Assembly (NCBI RefSeq): GCF_036365525.1
Contig: NC_090389.1
Coordinates: 84,594,179 to 84,658,178 of the forward strand
Reading direction: 5' to 3'
Length of the DNA: 64,000 nucleotides
Source of the DNA: Heterodontus francisci
Lineage: Eukaryota
Below the pieces are notes generated by a model that saw only the letters and a program-made list of their open reading frames with translations, made no database searches and was not told where the DNA came from. Made by a program: the position numbers and the translations under genes. Positions 37,894 to 50,030 of the stretch are shown here, in pieces (the stretch's first letter is position 1; every line of letters begins with the position of its first letter).

Positions 37894-38119
37894 AAAAAAA
37901 GGAACGTGGAAAAACTTTAAAACTGCATGATCTCCAATGTTTGGGCAGTTAGTTTCATTCTTGGCCTTGAGTTTGTCCCTACTTCTCTTTATGGCTCCAA
38001 GAGCAGCCACTTTTGAGCTCAGTCCTGCTTAAAGTACATGAAGGGCAACAAGGAAAGAAGGGGGAGGCACACAAGTTGGTGACAGCATTTTATTTCCATT
38101 CACAACACTTGAAGTGTGG

Positions 38120-39580
38120 AATAAAAACAGAAAGTGCTGGAAATACTCAGCAGGTCTGGCAGCATCTGTGGAGAGAGAAACAGAGTTAGTTTTTCAGGTC
38201 TGTCACCTTTCAGCAGAACTGGCAAAGGTTAGAAATGCAATAGATTTTAAGCAAATAAAGTAGGGGTGGGGGGAAAGAGAACAAATGGGAAAGTGTCTGA
38301 TAGGACAAAGGACCGGAGAGATTAACTGACAAGGAGGTCATGGGACAAAGGCAAAGGGAGTGTGCTAATGGTGTGGTGAAAGACAAAGCATGAGTGCAGA
38401 GAGTGTGTTAATGACAGAATAATGAACAGCCCTAGCCAAAAGCACAAACATGAAAAACTCACTTTAAGGCAGGCACATGATAAAAAAAATGATAAAACAA
38501 AATAAAATAAACTAATAATAAAAAAGGGGCCAATCATGCTCTGAAATTGTTGAACTCAATGTTCAGTCCGGAAGGCTGTAGAGTGCATAATTGGAAAATG
38601 AGGTGCTATTCCTCAAGCTTGCATTGATGTTCACTGGAACACTCCAGCAGGCCAAAGACAGAAATGTTGGCCATGAGAGCAGGGGGGGGTGTTGAAATGG
38701 CAAGAAACCAGAAGCTCGGGGTCATGCTTGCAGACTGAATGGAGGTGTTCCACAAAGCGGTCACCCAATCTGCATTTGGTCTCCCCAATATACACAAGAC
38801 TGCATTGTGAGCAGCGAATACAGTATACTAAATTGAAAGAAGTACAAATAAATCACTGCTTCACCTGGAAGGAGTGTTTGGGGCCTTGTATGGTGTGGAG
38901 AGAGGAGGTAAACGGGCAAGTATTACACCTCCTGCGATTGCATGGTAAGGTGCCGTGGGAAGGGAACGAGGTGTTGGGGGTAACAGAGGAATGGACCAGG
39001 GTGTCACGGAGGGAACGATCCCTTGGAATGCTGACAGGGGAGGGGAGGGGAAGATGTGTTTGGTGGTGGCATCACACTGGAGGTGGCGGAAATGATGGAG
39101 GATGATCCTTTGGATGTGTAGGCTGGTGGGGTGAAAGTGAGGACAAGGGGAACCCTGTCGTGGTTCTGGGAGGGAAGGGAAGAGGTGTGGGCAGAAAAGC
39201 AGGAAATGGGTCGGACATGTTTGTGCTTTTGACTGGGGCTGTCCATTATTCTGTCATTAACACCCTCTCTGCACTAATGCTTTGTCTTTCACCAGACCAT
39301 TAGCACACTGTCTTTCCCTTTGCCCCATGACCTCCTTGTCAGTTAATCTCTCCGGCCCTCTGTTCTATCACACACCCGGCCTTTTGTTCTCTATCCCCCG
39401 CCCCCACTGCCACTTTACTTGCTTGAAATCTATTACATTCCTAACCTTTGCCAGTTCTGATGAAAGGTCAAAGAGCTGAAACATTAACTCTGCTTCTCTC
39501 TCCACTGATGCTGCCAGACCTGCTGAGTATTTCCAGCACTTTCTGATTTCCAACATCCGTAGTATTTTGCTTTTATTTTT
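38120..39580 (-). mobile_element. Penelope-like insertion with an inverted pseudo-LTR
   Basis: GIY-YIG-region peptides on the minus strand; 38121-38452 is inverted at 39217-39550; 11-bp TSD TTGAAGTGTGG at 38109-38119 and 39581-39591. Confidence 0.9.
39453..39489 (+). ncRNA. Minimal hammerhead motif copy
   Basis: AGTT-CTGATGA-AAGGTCAAAGAGCT-GAAAC-ATT-AACT. Confidence 0.5.
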
Positions 39581-39679
39581 TTGAAGTGTGGGCCCTGCCG
39601 CCGTTGATGTCAAATCTGCATTCAGAAAATGTGCGACACACAAAACTCAGCTAAAATAAATAATGGCTAAAAGGTCTAT

Positions 39680-40050
39680 CAACACCTTGATTTTAAAATT
39701 TTCATTCTCATTTACAAACCCTTCCATGGCCTTGCCCTTCTTCCAATCCTTCAACCCTCTGACATCTCGGCATTCCTCCAACTCTGGCCTCTTGGGCAAT
39801 CCCCACATCCTTCCCCCCACCATTGGCGACTGTGCCTTCAGCCATCTAGGCCCTAAGCTCTGGAATTCCCTCCCTAAACCTCTCCGTTTCTCCACCTCTC
39901 CCTCTACTTTCTTTGGCCAAGCTTTTGGCTACCTATCCTGATGGGTCCATGTCAGTTTCTGTTTGATTCAGCTCCCATCAAGTTCCTTGGGACATTTTTG
40001 TTAATGCTGCAAATAAATGCGAGCAGTTCTTTGTTATTCTTGTTGTTGTA
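39680..40050 (+). mobile_element. L2 3' fragment
   Basis: TIGDCAFSHLGPKLWNSLP. Confidence 0.8.
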
Positions 40051-41659
40051 GCAAGTACAATGTACACAATTTTAAATAAATGGGTTGAAGAATAATAATT
40101 ATCAGCACACGCATGATAAAATTAAATAGACTATAGGTAGCCTGGGCTAAAAACTGTAGCAACGGGTTGTATGGCTTTTCCTCATGCCATCATTGGGGGC
40201 GAGGGAATAGCTGTAGCAAAATAGTGAAGCAATAGAAGAATCAATATGTTCTAATTTCACAAAGCCCACTTGTGACTCTATTAAATTATATGAATCATCC
40301 CAATTTTTTCCAGTGAGTTTGGGTTCTGTTTCAAAGGTGCTCGATATCAGCCTCATTAAGATCAGCACAGCATGTAGAATATTTCAGTTCATTCAGAGCC
40401 AAATTGGGCCACAACAGTCAATACACATATTCCATATAGTACCATTACTATGATTAATTCTAGAGGCATTTTCTAATAACCTTCGATTTTTGGACTCTTC
40501 ATTTGATAGAGGCAGAGGATTCTCATCAAATGAAAAGAAAGAATTGAGAAACTAATTTAAACTATGCAGGGAACCTTTTGGGATATGAAACAGCAGTTAA
40601 GACAATCTTCATAGCATTCCCTTGTGGAAAAGAACTATCTATATAAGATATGCAGGCATTGAGTCACCTACAGGGGAATCAGGCTCTTATAGTGGTCATT
40701 AGACAACTTGACATTCCACAGAAGGGAAAGACATGTACCGAGATGAAGAGCTAAGGCGCCTAATAAAGTTGGATCAAAGTCCCAACACTGACTTTATTTT
40801 CATATTTAATCCTTTTACACTGCACCCACTCCAATGCCTCAACATCATTCCTATAGTGCGGAGCCCAATATTGCCTGTTTCTGTGCTATATAACTCTATG
40901 ACTCTACTCTCCCTTTTATCTGATGTTAAAGTTACTGATGTACTGTATTCGGTCTCCACACTGTAGGAAAGATATTGAGGCCTTAGAGAGGTCACAACGC
41001 AGGTTTGCCAAGATGTTAAAGCAAAATACTGCGGATGCTGGAAATCAGAAATAAAAACAGAGGATTGTGTTTTACATTACCGCTGCCGAAATATTTGCAC
41101 AGGTGCTGACACCATTTTTAAAGAGCTTTAAGCCCTTCCATTTAGTTTTAATTTTTAAAGCTGCAGTGCAATTAAAAAATAAAATGAATTTATCCTGAAC
41201 CATTTCCCCCCCCTCCAACAACAACCATGGAAATAATTACCTTCCCTCTTCCCCTCCCCACAAAACACTTATCTGGAGCACCTCACCTTCCCCCCACCAA
41301 AGTTCAGAAACTTTAAACTTTACCTCTTCCCACCATCCCCTAGACCAATGTAATTACTCTGACGCTGCTTCCCCCCCGCACCACCAACCTCCGCACTGAA
41401 AAACTTACCTGCGCCCCCCCCTCCCCACCATAAGTGTCCCGCCTCGGATCCCCAGATGGTTATCCGAAGGCGCGGGAGTGCCAGCCACCAGCACCAAAAT
41501 TGCCTCGGAACGGATGGCGGGAGCAGGTCGGTCATTTATTCATTCATTTAAATATTTTAACATATGTAAATTTGGCTTCCGTCGCCGAGTGGAGGGGGGT
41601 GGGGGCTGCCACGAGGCCTCGCTGCCACCGGTAATAACCGGCCGGGCCTTCCCATGGAT

Positions 41660-43205
41660 GGACTTCATCCTAGGATCTTAAAAGAAGTGAGATAGTCGAT
41701 GCATTGGTTTTAATTTTCCAAAATTTTGTAGATTCAGGGAAGGTTCCGTTAGATTGGAAAATAGCGAATGTAACTCCTTTATTCAAAAAGGGAGGGAGAC
41801 AGAAAGCAGGAAACTACAGGCCAGTTAGCTTAACATCTGTCTTAGGGAAAATGTTAGAAACTATTATTGAAGACGTTATAGCAGGGCATTCAGAAAAATT
41901 CAAGGTAATCAGGCAGAGTCAGTATGGGTTTGTGAAAGGGAAATCATGTTTAAACAATTTATTGGAGTTCTTTGAGGGAGTTACATGTACTGTTGATAAA
42001 GGGGAACCGGTGGATGTATTGCAGCTAGATTTCCAGAAGGCATTTGATAAGGTGCCACATCAAAGGTTATTGCAGAAAGTAAAAGCTTATGGTGTAGAGG
42101 GTAACATATTGGCATGGATAGAAGATTGGTTAACTGACAGGAAACAGAGAGTAGGCATAAATGGGTAATTTTCTGGTTGGCAAGATGTAGCAAGTGGTGT
42201 GTCACAGTGATCTGTGCTGGGACCTCAACTTTTTACAATTTATATAAATGACTTAGATGAAGGGACTGAAGGTATGGTTGCTAAATTTGCTGATGACACA
42301 AAGATAGGTAGGAAAGTAACTTGTGAAGAGGACATAAGGAGGCTACAAAGGGATATAGATAGGTTAAGGGAGTGGGCAAAGACCTGGCAAATGGAGTATA
42401 ATGTGGAAAAATGTGAAATTGTCCATTTTGTCAGGAAGAATTAAAAAGAAGCATATTATCTAAATGATGAGAGATTGCAGAACTCTGAGATGCAGAGTGA
42501 TCTGGGTGTCCTAGTGCATGAATCGCAAAAGGTTAGTGTGCAGGTACAGCACGTAATTAGGAAAGCTAATAGAATGTTATCGTTTATTGCGAGCGGAAGT
42601 GAATACAAAAGTAGGGAGGTTATGCTTAGTTATACAGGGCATTGGTGAGACCACATCTGGAGTACTGTGTACAGTACATGTCTCCTTATTTAAAGAAGCA
42701 TGTAAATGTGTTGGAAGCAGTTCAGAGAGGTTTTAGGAGACTAATGCCTGGAATGGGCGGGTTGTCTTATGAGGAAAGGTTGGACAGGCTAGGCTTGTAT
42801 CCACTGGAATTTAGAAGAGTAAGAGGCTACTTGATTGAAACATATAAGATCCTGAGGGGTCTTGACAAGGTGGATGTGGAAAGGATGTTTCCCCTTGAAC
42901 TAGAACTAGGGGTCACTGTTTAAAAATAAGGGGTTGCTTATTTAAGACAGAGATGAGGAGAATTTTTTTCTCTGAGGGTTGTGAGTCTTTGGAACTCTCT
43001 TCCTCAAAAGGCGGTGGAACAGAGTCTTTGAATATTTTTAAGGCAGAAGTAGCTAGATCCTTGATAAGCAAGGGGGTGAAAGGTTATCGGGGGTAGGTGG
43101 GAAGGTGGAGTAATCAGTTCAGCCGTGAACTTATTGAATGGTAGAGCAGGCTCGAGGGGCCGAGTGGCCTACTCCTGCTCCTAATTCGTATGTTCGTACA
43201 TTCTT
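41660..43205 (+). mobile_element. CR1 ORF2 RT fragment inserted in a Harbinger-like MITE (~41060-41660 and 43206-43367)
   Basis: NYRPVSLTS, GFVKGKSC, LDFQKAFDKV, KFADDTK, VRPHLEYC motifs; the MITE end CATAAAATTCCACCC follows. Confidence 0.92.
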
Positions 43206-44156
43206 ATCTTCTGCCCCCCACATGCCACCATGACCCTCGCCATTCACAGGCCTTCCCGCCCCAGACAGAATTTTGGCGGAGCAACTCCCCCCTGCTACTA
43301 TCCCACTCAATTTTACGCTCTCCCCGCCTCCAAACCTGCCATGGAGGGAAGAGCATAAAATTCCACCCATTGAATTTAAATTCCCCAGCTGCCGTGGTGC
43401 GATTTGAACTCATATCTCCGGATCATAGAAACATAGAAAATAGGAGCAGGAGTAGGCCATTCGGCCCTTCGGGCCTGCTCCGCCATTCAAAAAAGATCAT
43501 GGCTGATTGTCTAATTCTGTACCCTGTTCCCACTTTCTCCCCATATCCCTAGATCCCTTTGGCATTAAGAAATATATCTATCTCCTTCTTGAATATATTT
43601 AATGACTTGGCCTCCACTGCCTTCTGCACAAGAGTATTCCACAGGTTCACCACCCTCTGAATTTCTCCTCATCTCAGTTCGAAATGGCATACCCCGTATC
43701 CTGAGACTGTGACCCCCACCCACCCCCCCCCCACCCCATCCCCCCGGTTCTGGGCTCCCCAGCACATTAGCCAGGATCATTAGCCCAGGATTATTAGTTG
43801 AGTAACATAACCACTATGCTACCATACTTTAATTTCACTGGCTGTGAAGCTCTTTGGGACATTAATGAAAGGCATCAGATAAATGCAAGTCTTACTTTTC
43901 ATCTCGCTTAAAATAAACAAGTTAAAAAATCGTGGTTTTCATACTTGACACCAGTCTCACTCTTTATTTTCTTTCTAAACCGTAGCAACTGCGCAGGTTC
44001 AGCAGGTTCTGGCTTAACTGAAGCCAGTTAATGCATTTACATCAAGGAACAGACAGTCTCCTTATCTGAAAATGAAAGTGGCTGCAACCAATCTTGAAAT
44101 AAACCTTCACATAAAATAACAACCAAAAAGTTCCTTGAAAGATTTTTTTTTAAATA

Positions 44157-46550
44157 ATGGACTTTCAAAAGGCATTTGATAAAATCTCACACATCCGACT
44201 TGTTAACAAAATTGAAGCCCATGGTTAAAAGGGCAGTACTGGCATGGATGCAAAATTGGCTAAGGAATAGAAAACAGATAGTTATGATGAATGGCTGCTT
44301 TTTTTTAGACTGGAGAGAGGCATACAGTGGAATTACCCAGGGTTCAGTAACTAGGACCACTGCTGTTTTTGTTATACATTAATGACTTGGACTTGGAGAT
44401 ACAGGGCACAATTGTGAAATTTGCACATGACATTGTTACGACCAAGTGAGAAAGGGGTCTAGGGGTCCCTCTCAGCCTTCACCTGGTCTTACCGTAACAG
44501 GGTTTAATTTTAAACACCCTGTGCTTTTACCTCCCCCTTGGTGAATCCTTGTTCACCGTTTTCCAATTATAAGGCAAAGAAACCAGCACAAACAGACTTT
44601 CTTAGATTTAAAGAAGAAAAGTTGAAATTTATTAAACTTAAATTTAAACTCTAATTCGGTTAATACCTACGGATACTCAAAGCACCCAAGCTAGCATGCA
44701 TATGCGATACACACATGCAAATAGAGACAGAAAAGAGCAGAAGAAAAATAAAGTGGAAACGTTTGAGGCAATACCTGAAGAGTTTTTGTTACGGTTCTTC
44801 GAGCTCACTGTAGAATCCTTGCTTGTAGGTAGATCTTGCTTTTCGTTGGGGCCCAGTATTCTTCTTAAACCTTGTTAACTGTAGGAGACTTCAGAGGATT
44901 CAGAGGCTTGTGAGAAAGAGATGGGAGCAGACAGACAGGAGAGGCTGTGGCGAGCCAGCTAGGAGAGATCTTCTCAGTCCAGGAGCATTCTGCTTTCTCC
45001 CAAAACTGTTTGTACAAATTCAAAAAACTCAGGTTACCCAGCAGGTTAGTCATGTGACCAGCTGGTTTGACCATGTCCGTTTGTGTATTCGGCCATCTTA
45101 GCAGTCAACCTGGAATGCGAGCTCCCCACCTTCAGCGTTTAGTGATCAAAAGTCCACTGTGGGCTGAATGTGTCGGAATGGCTGCTTTGTCCTTCAGAAC
45201 ACCGTCTGTTAATATGCAAATGTCTTTCCCAGCCACGGCTGATCTGTTTAACAAGTCCCCTCTAGGAACAGTTTAAAAATCAATGTTCATGACAAAATTA
45301 ATGTGCCTCATTCTTGGCAGGTGCGGGCCTAGCATGACAACATGAAACTTAATAGTGTAGTAAACAGTGAGGAAGATAGTTATAGACTCCAAGAGGACAG
45401 AGATAGGCTGGTGGATTGGGCAGACACATGGCAGATGAAATTTAATGTAGAAAAGTGTGAGTAGATATATTTTGGTAGAACGATTGAGAGATATTCATTC
45501 GAAATGGGACATCTTTAAAGAGAGTGCAAGAAAAGAGAGACTTGGGGGTATATGTGCACAAATCTTTGGAAGATTCAGGACAAGTTAACAAAAGTTAACA
45601 AAACAGTTAAAAAATGGGATCCTGGGTTTTAAAAATAGAGTCATACAGCACTGAAACAGGCCCTTTGGCCCACTGAGTCTGTACTGACCTTCAACCACCC
45701 TTTTACACTAACCCTACATTAATCCCATATTCCCTACCACATCCCCACAATTCTCCTACTTGCACGAGGGGCAATTTACAATGGCCAATTTACCTATCAA
45801 CCTGCAAGTCTTTGGCTGTGGGAGGAAACCAGAGCACCCGGCAGAAACTCACACGGTTACAGAGAGAACTTGCAAACTCCACACAGGCAGTACCCAGAAC
45901 TGAGCCCGGATCACTGGAGACTGTGGTGCTAACCACTGCGCCACTCTGTAAATAGAGGCATAGAGTACAAAAGCCAGAAAATTAAACTAAACCTATATAA
46001 AACGCTAGTTTGGCCCCAGCTAGCGTATTGTGTCCAATTTGGGGAACCATACTTTAGGAATGATGTGAAAATTTTAGCGAGGCTACAGCATGGTTCCAGG
46101 GATGATGGACTTAAGTTACAAGGATAGATTGGAGAAGCTGTGGTTGTTCTCCTTAGAGTAGAAAAGACTAAGAAGAGATTTGATAGAGGTGTTTAAATCA
46201 TGAAGGGTTTTGATAGAGTAAATAAAGAGAAAGTGTTTCCAGTGGCTGAAGGGTCAATAACCAGAGGACACAGATTTAAGGTGATTAGCAAAAGAACTAG
46301 AGGGGGCATGAGGGAAAACTTTACTACGCAATGAGAGGATAGGATTTGGAATGCATTGTTCCAGAGGGTGGTGGATATAGATTCAATAGTAGCCTTCAAA
46401 AGGGAGGAGGATAAATACTTGAATGAGAAAAAAAATTGCAGGGATATGGGGAAAAAAGCAGGGGAGTGGGACCAACTAGATTACTCGATGAAAGACTCAA
46501 TTGCCTCAAATGAATGGCCTCTTACTGTGCAGTTTACGATTCTATGATAA
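44157..46550 (+). mobile_element. CR1 fragment interrupted by a solo LTR and an HE1 SINE (-, ~45640-45947)
   Basis: Collinear CR1 RT motifs on both sides of each insertion. Confidence 0.88.
44434..45339 (-). mobile_element. Complete solo LTR (906 bp) related to the Gmr1-like LTR at 20624
   Basis: TGTTACG...CATGACA termini; ACAT TSD at 44430-44433 and 45340-45343. Confidence 0.93.
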
Positions 46551-46649
46551 AAGTTTCATTTTAGTAGCTTATTTGTTATGTACAGCTTTTGGGGACCAAT
46601 CACTAAATACCACACCTCTTCACGACTTGTATTTTACACACTGCCTTTA

Positions 46650-47480
46650 AAAGAAAGACTTGCATTTTTATATCTCCTTTCTCGACAACAGGACGTCCCA
46701 AAGCACTTTAGAGCCAATGAAGTACTTTTGAAGTGTAGTCACTATAGGAAATGTGGTAGCCAATGTGCGCACAGCAAACTCACACAAACTGCAATGCGAT
46801 AATGGCCAGTTAATCTGTTTTTTTTAGCGATGTTGATTGAGGACACCAGGGATAACTCCCCTGTTCTTCAAAATAGTGCCATGGGATATTTAACATGCAC
46901 CTAAAAGGGCAGAAGGGGTCTCAGTTTAAGGTCTCATCTGAAAGACATACCTCCAACAGTGCAGCACTCCCTCGGTACTTAGTGTAAAGTAAAACATCTC
47001 AGTTGTTCTTATCAAACAAAGTTTGACACTGATCCTCATAAGGAGTTATAAAGACAGATGAATAATAGCTTGATCGAAGAGGTAGATTTTAAGGAGTATC
47101 TTAAAGGAGGACAGAGAGGTGGCGAGATTTAGGAAGGGAATTTCAGATCTTAGGGCCTTGGCAGCTGAAGACATGGCCGCCAATAGTGCAGCAATTAAAA
47201 TCTGGGAAATGGAGGAGCACAGAGGTCTCAGAGGGTTGTAGTGCTGGAGGAGATTACAGAGATGGGGAGGGGTGAGGCTAAGGATGGATTTGAAAATAGG
47301 ATGAAAATTTTAAAATTGAGGCATTTCCCGGTCAGGTGCCAATGTAGGTCAGCGAGAATACACAGGTGATGGGTAAACGGGACATGGTGTGAGCTAGATT
47401 ACAGGCAGCAGAGCTTCAGGTAAACTCAAATTTCTGAAAGTTGGAAGATGGGAGGGTGGCCAGGAGAGTGTTGGAAAGTC
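46650..47480 (-). mobile_element. Deu-domain SINE (~46650-46980) followed by an L2 3' fragment
   Basis: Family motifs as above. Confidence 0.8.
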
Positions 47481-47755
47481 AGGTCTATTTCCTGTAAAAG
47501 ACTGATGGCACACCATGTAGAACATAGCTCTAGAAGGACACTGGGTCACTATTTAATGTCTATTCTCACTGCGCTCAATTTAAAAAAGCACAGGGCTGGC
47601 TCAATAAACTGTGTCAGTCTGTGGAGACACACATCCCTTCGGGTAGTTGGGGTGCAGGGGTTGTCAATAATCAAATATCCGGAGTGGAGGGGCGTAGGGG
47701 GAAACATTCAAGTGGAGTGGTGTGAAGCCAATATTGGTATCCTGACAGTTTAGGG

Positions 47756-47769
47756 GTTGCCATGGAAAT
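47756..47769. promoter_or_regulatory. RFX X-box-like motif
   Basis: GTTGCCATGGAAAT in non-repeat DNA. Confidence 0.35.
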
Positions 47770-48229
47770 GCAGATAGTGCCGATAACAAAAGCTTATTTC
47801 GTTCAGCTTCTCAAGTGATCATAGCTACAGCTTTCACACAACCAGGAGCTTCCCTGCAGTGTGTGTAATATAAAATAGGACAAACACTGATCTTATCAAA
47901 CCCAGATCCAGCACTAAAGTAGTACCGCCAGCCAATTACATTGCAAAGCCACAGATCCAAACAAGCAGTGTTGCGAACTAAACACAACGCAAATCTTCAC
48001 CAGCCTCATGTAGACTGCAAACATTTTAAAAGTATCTTTACACTGCATCACAGTTTGCCACAGGTCCAGGGAGCTCAACTGGACCATGGCTGCATGGGGC
48101 AGGCTCAGTGGACAAGTTGGTCTTCTGTCCTTTCCCATGTTCAGACCGTATGCTGGCACTCAAATAGAAAAATGACCATGAAAACTGTTAGATTGTCATA
48201 TGAAGCCAACTGGTTCACTCATGTCCTTC

Positions 48230-50030
48230 AACAACAATAATTTGCATTTATATAGCATTTTTAAAGTATAGCAAAATGGTCCAAGGTGCTTCACAGGAGC
48301 GGTACCAAACAAAATTTGACACCTAGCCACATAAGGAGATACTCGGACAGGTGGCAAAAAGTTTGGTCAAAGAGCCTCTTAAAAGGAAGAAAGTGAGCTA
48401 GAGAGGCAGAAAGGTTTAGGGAGGGAATTCCAGAGCTTGGGGCCTAAACAGCTGAAGGCATGGCCACCAATGGTGGAGCAATTAAAATCAGGGATGCACA
48501 AGAGGCCAGAATTAGAAGAGCACAGAGATTTTGGAGGGTTGTGGGGCTGGAGGAGATGACAGAGATAGGGAAGGGCAAGAGCATAGAGGGTTTGGAAAAC
48601 ATGGACAAGAATTTTAAAATCGAGGTGTTGTGAGATGTGGTGCCGATGTAGGTCAGTGGGCATGGGGGCTGATGAGTGAACAGGACCTAGTGAGAGTTAG
48701 GACACAGGCAGCAGAGTTTTGGATGAGCTCAAGTTTAATCAATTGGTGTCAATTACTCTATCAAATCCTTTTAAACATCTCGATCAGATCATCCCTCAAT
48801 TTTCCACTCAAGGAAATGCAAGCCTAGCTTATGCAACCTGTCTTCAAAATTTAACTCGCTTAGCATCAGCATCATTCTGGTGAATTTAGGCTGCACCCCC
48901 TCCATGGCCAAAACATCTTCCCCAGGTGGATTGCCCAAAAACCGAACACTGCTTGCAGATGGTATTGTCAAAAGCTCTGTACAGCTGAAGCATCACTTGC
49001 TTTCATTTGTATTCCAGCAAGATTTGCTTCTATTTCATATCTGATGAAGGCTTTCAAAAGTGTTTCAAAGTGCTCCATATACAGTCAATTACTTTGAAGT
49101 TTGACTGTTGTCTACACTGCAGTCAGTTTGCACCTAGCAAGGGCCCAGAAATAACAATGAGATGAATTGGCTTTGATGGTTTTGTTTGAGAGGGAAACCT
49201 CATCTCTCATGACGCCAAGAGAAATCTCTACTCTTCTTCAAAGTAGTGGCTCAAGAAGTTCAACATCCACCTGAACCAGTGGAACAGGTTACATAACAAC
49301 CTAAGAAATAGGAGCAGGAGTAGGTCATTCAGCCCTTCCAGCCTTCTCTGCCATTCAATGAGATCATGGCTGATCTTCTACTTCAATACAATTTTCCTGC
49401 TCTATCCCCATAACCCTTGATGTTTTTAATATGTAGAAATCTACCGATCTCTGTCTTGAACATACTCAATGACTGAGCCTCCACAGCCCTCTAGGGTAGA
49501 GAATTCCAAAGATTCACCACACTCTAAGTGAAGAAATTCCTCCTTATTTCAATCCTAAAAGGCCTGTCCCTTATTCTGAGACTGTGTCCCCTGGTGCCTG
49601 GTTCTAGACTCCCAGCCAGGGGAAACATCCTTCCTGCATCCACCCTGTAGAGCCCTATAAGAATTTTGTATGTTTGAATGAGATCACCTCTCATTCTCCT
49701 AAACTCCAGAGAATAAAGACCCAGTCTAGTTAATCTTTCCTCATAAGACAATCCCTCCATCCCAGGAATTAGTTTGGTGAACCTTCATTGCACTCCCTCT
49801 ATGGCAAGTATTTCCTTCCTTAGGTAAGGAAACCAAAACTGCACACAATACTCCAGGTGCGGTCTCACCAAAGCTCTATATAATTGCAGCAAGACATCTT
49901 TACTTCTATACTCAAATCCCCTTGTAATAAAGGCCAACATACCCTTTGCCTTCTTAATTGCTTGCTATACCTGCATGTTAGCTTTCAGTGATTCATGAAC
50001 AAGAACACCCAAGTCCCTTTGAAATTCAAC
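48230..50030 (-). mobile_element. L2 fragment (~48230-48735), CR1 fragments (~48760-49015, ~49298-50030) and a degenerate SINE
   Basis: GGHAFSCLGPKLWNSLP; YEERLTRLGLYSLEFRRMRGDL. Confidence 0.85.
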
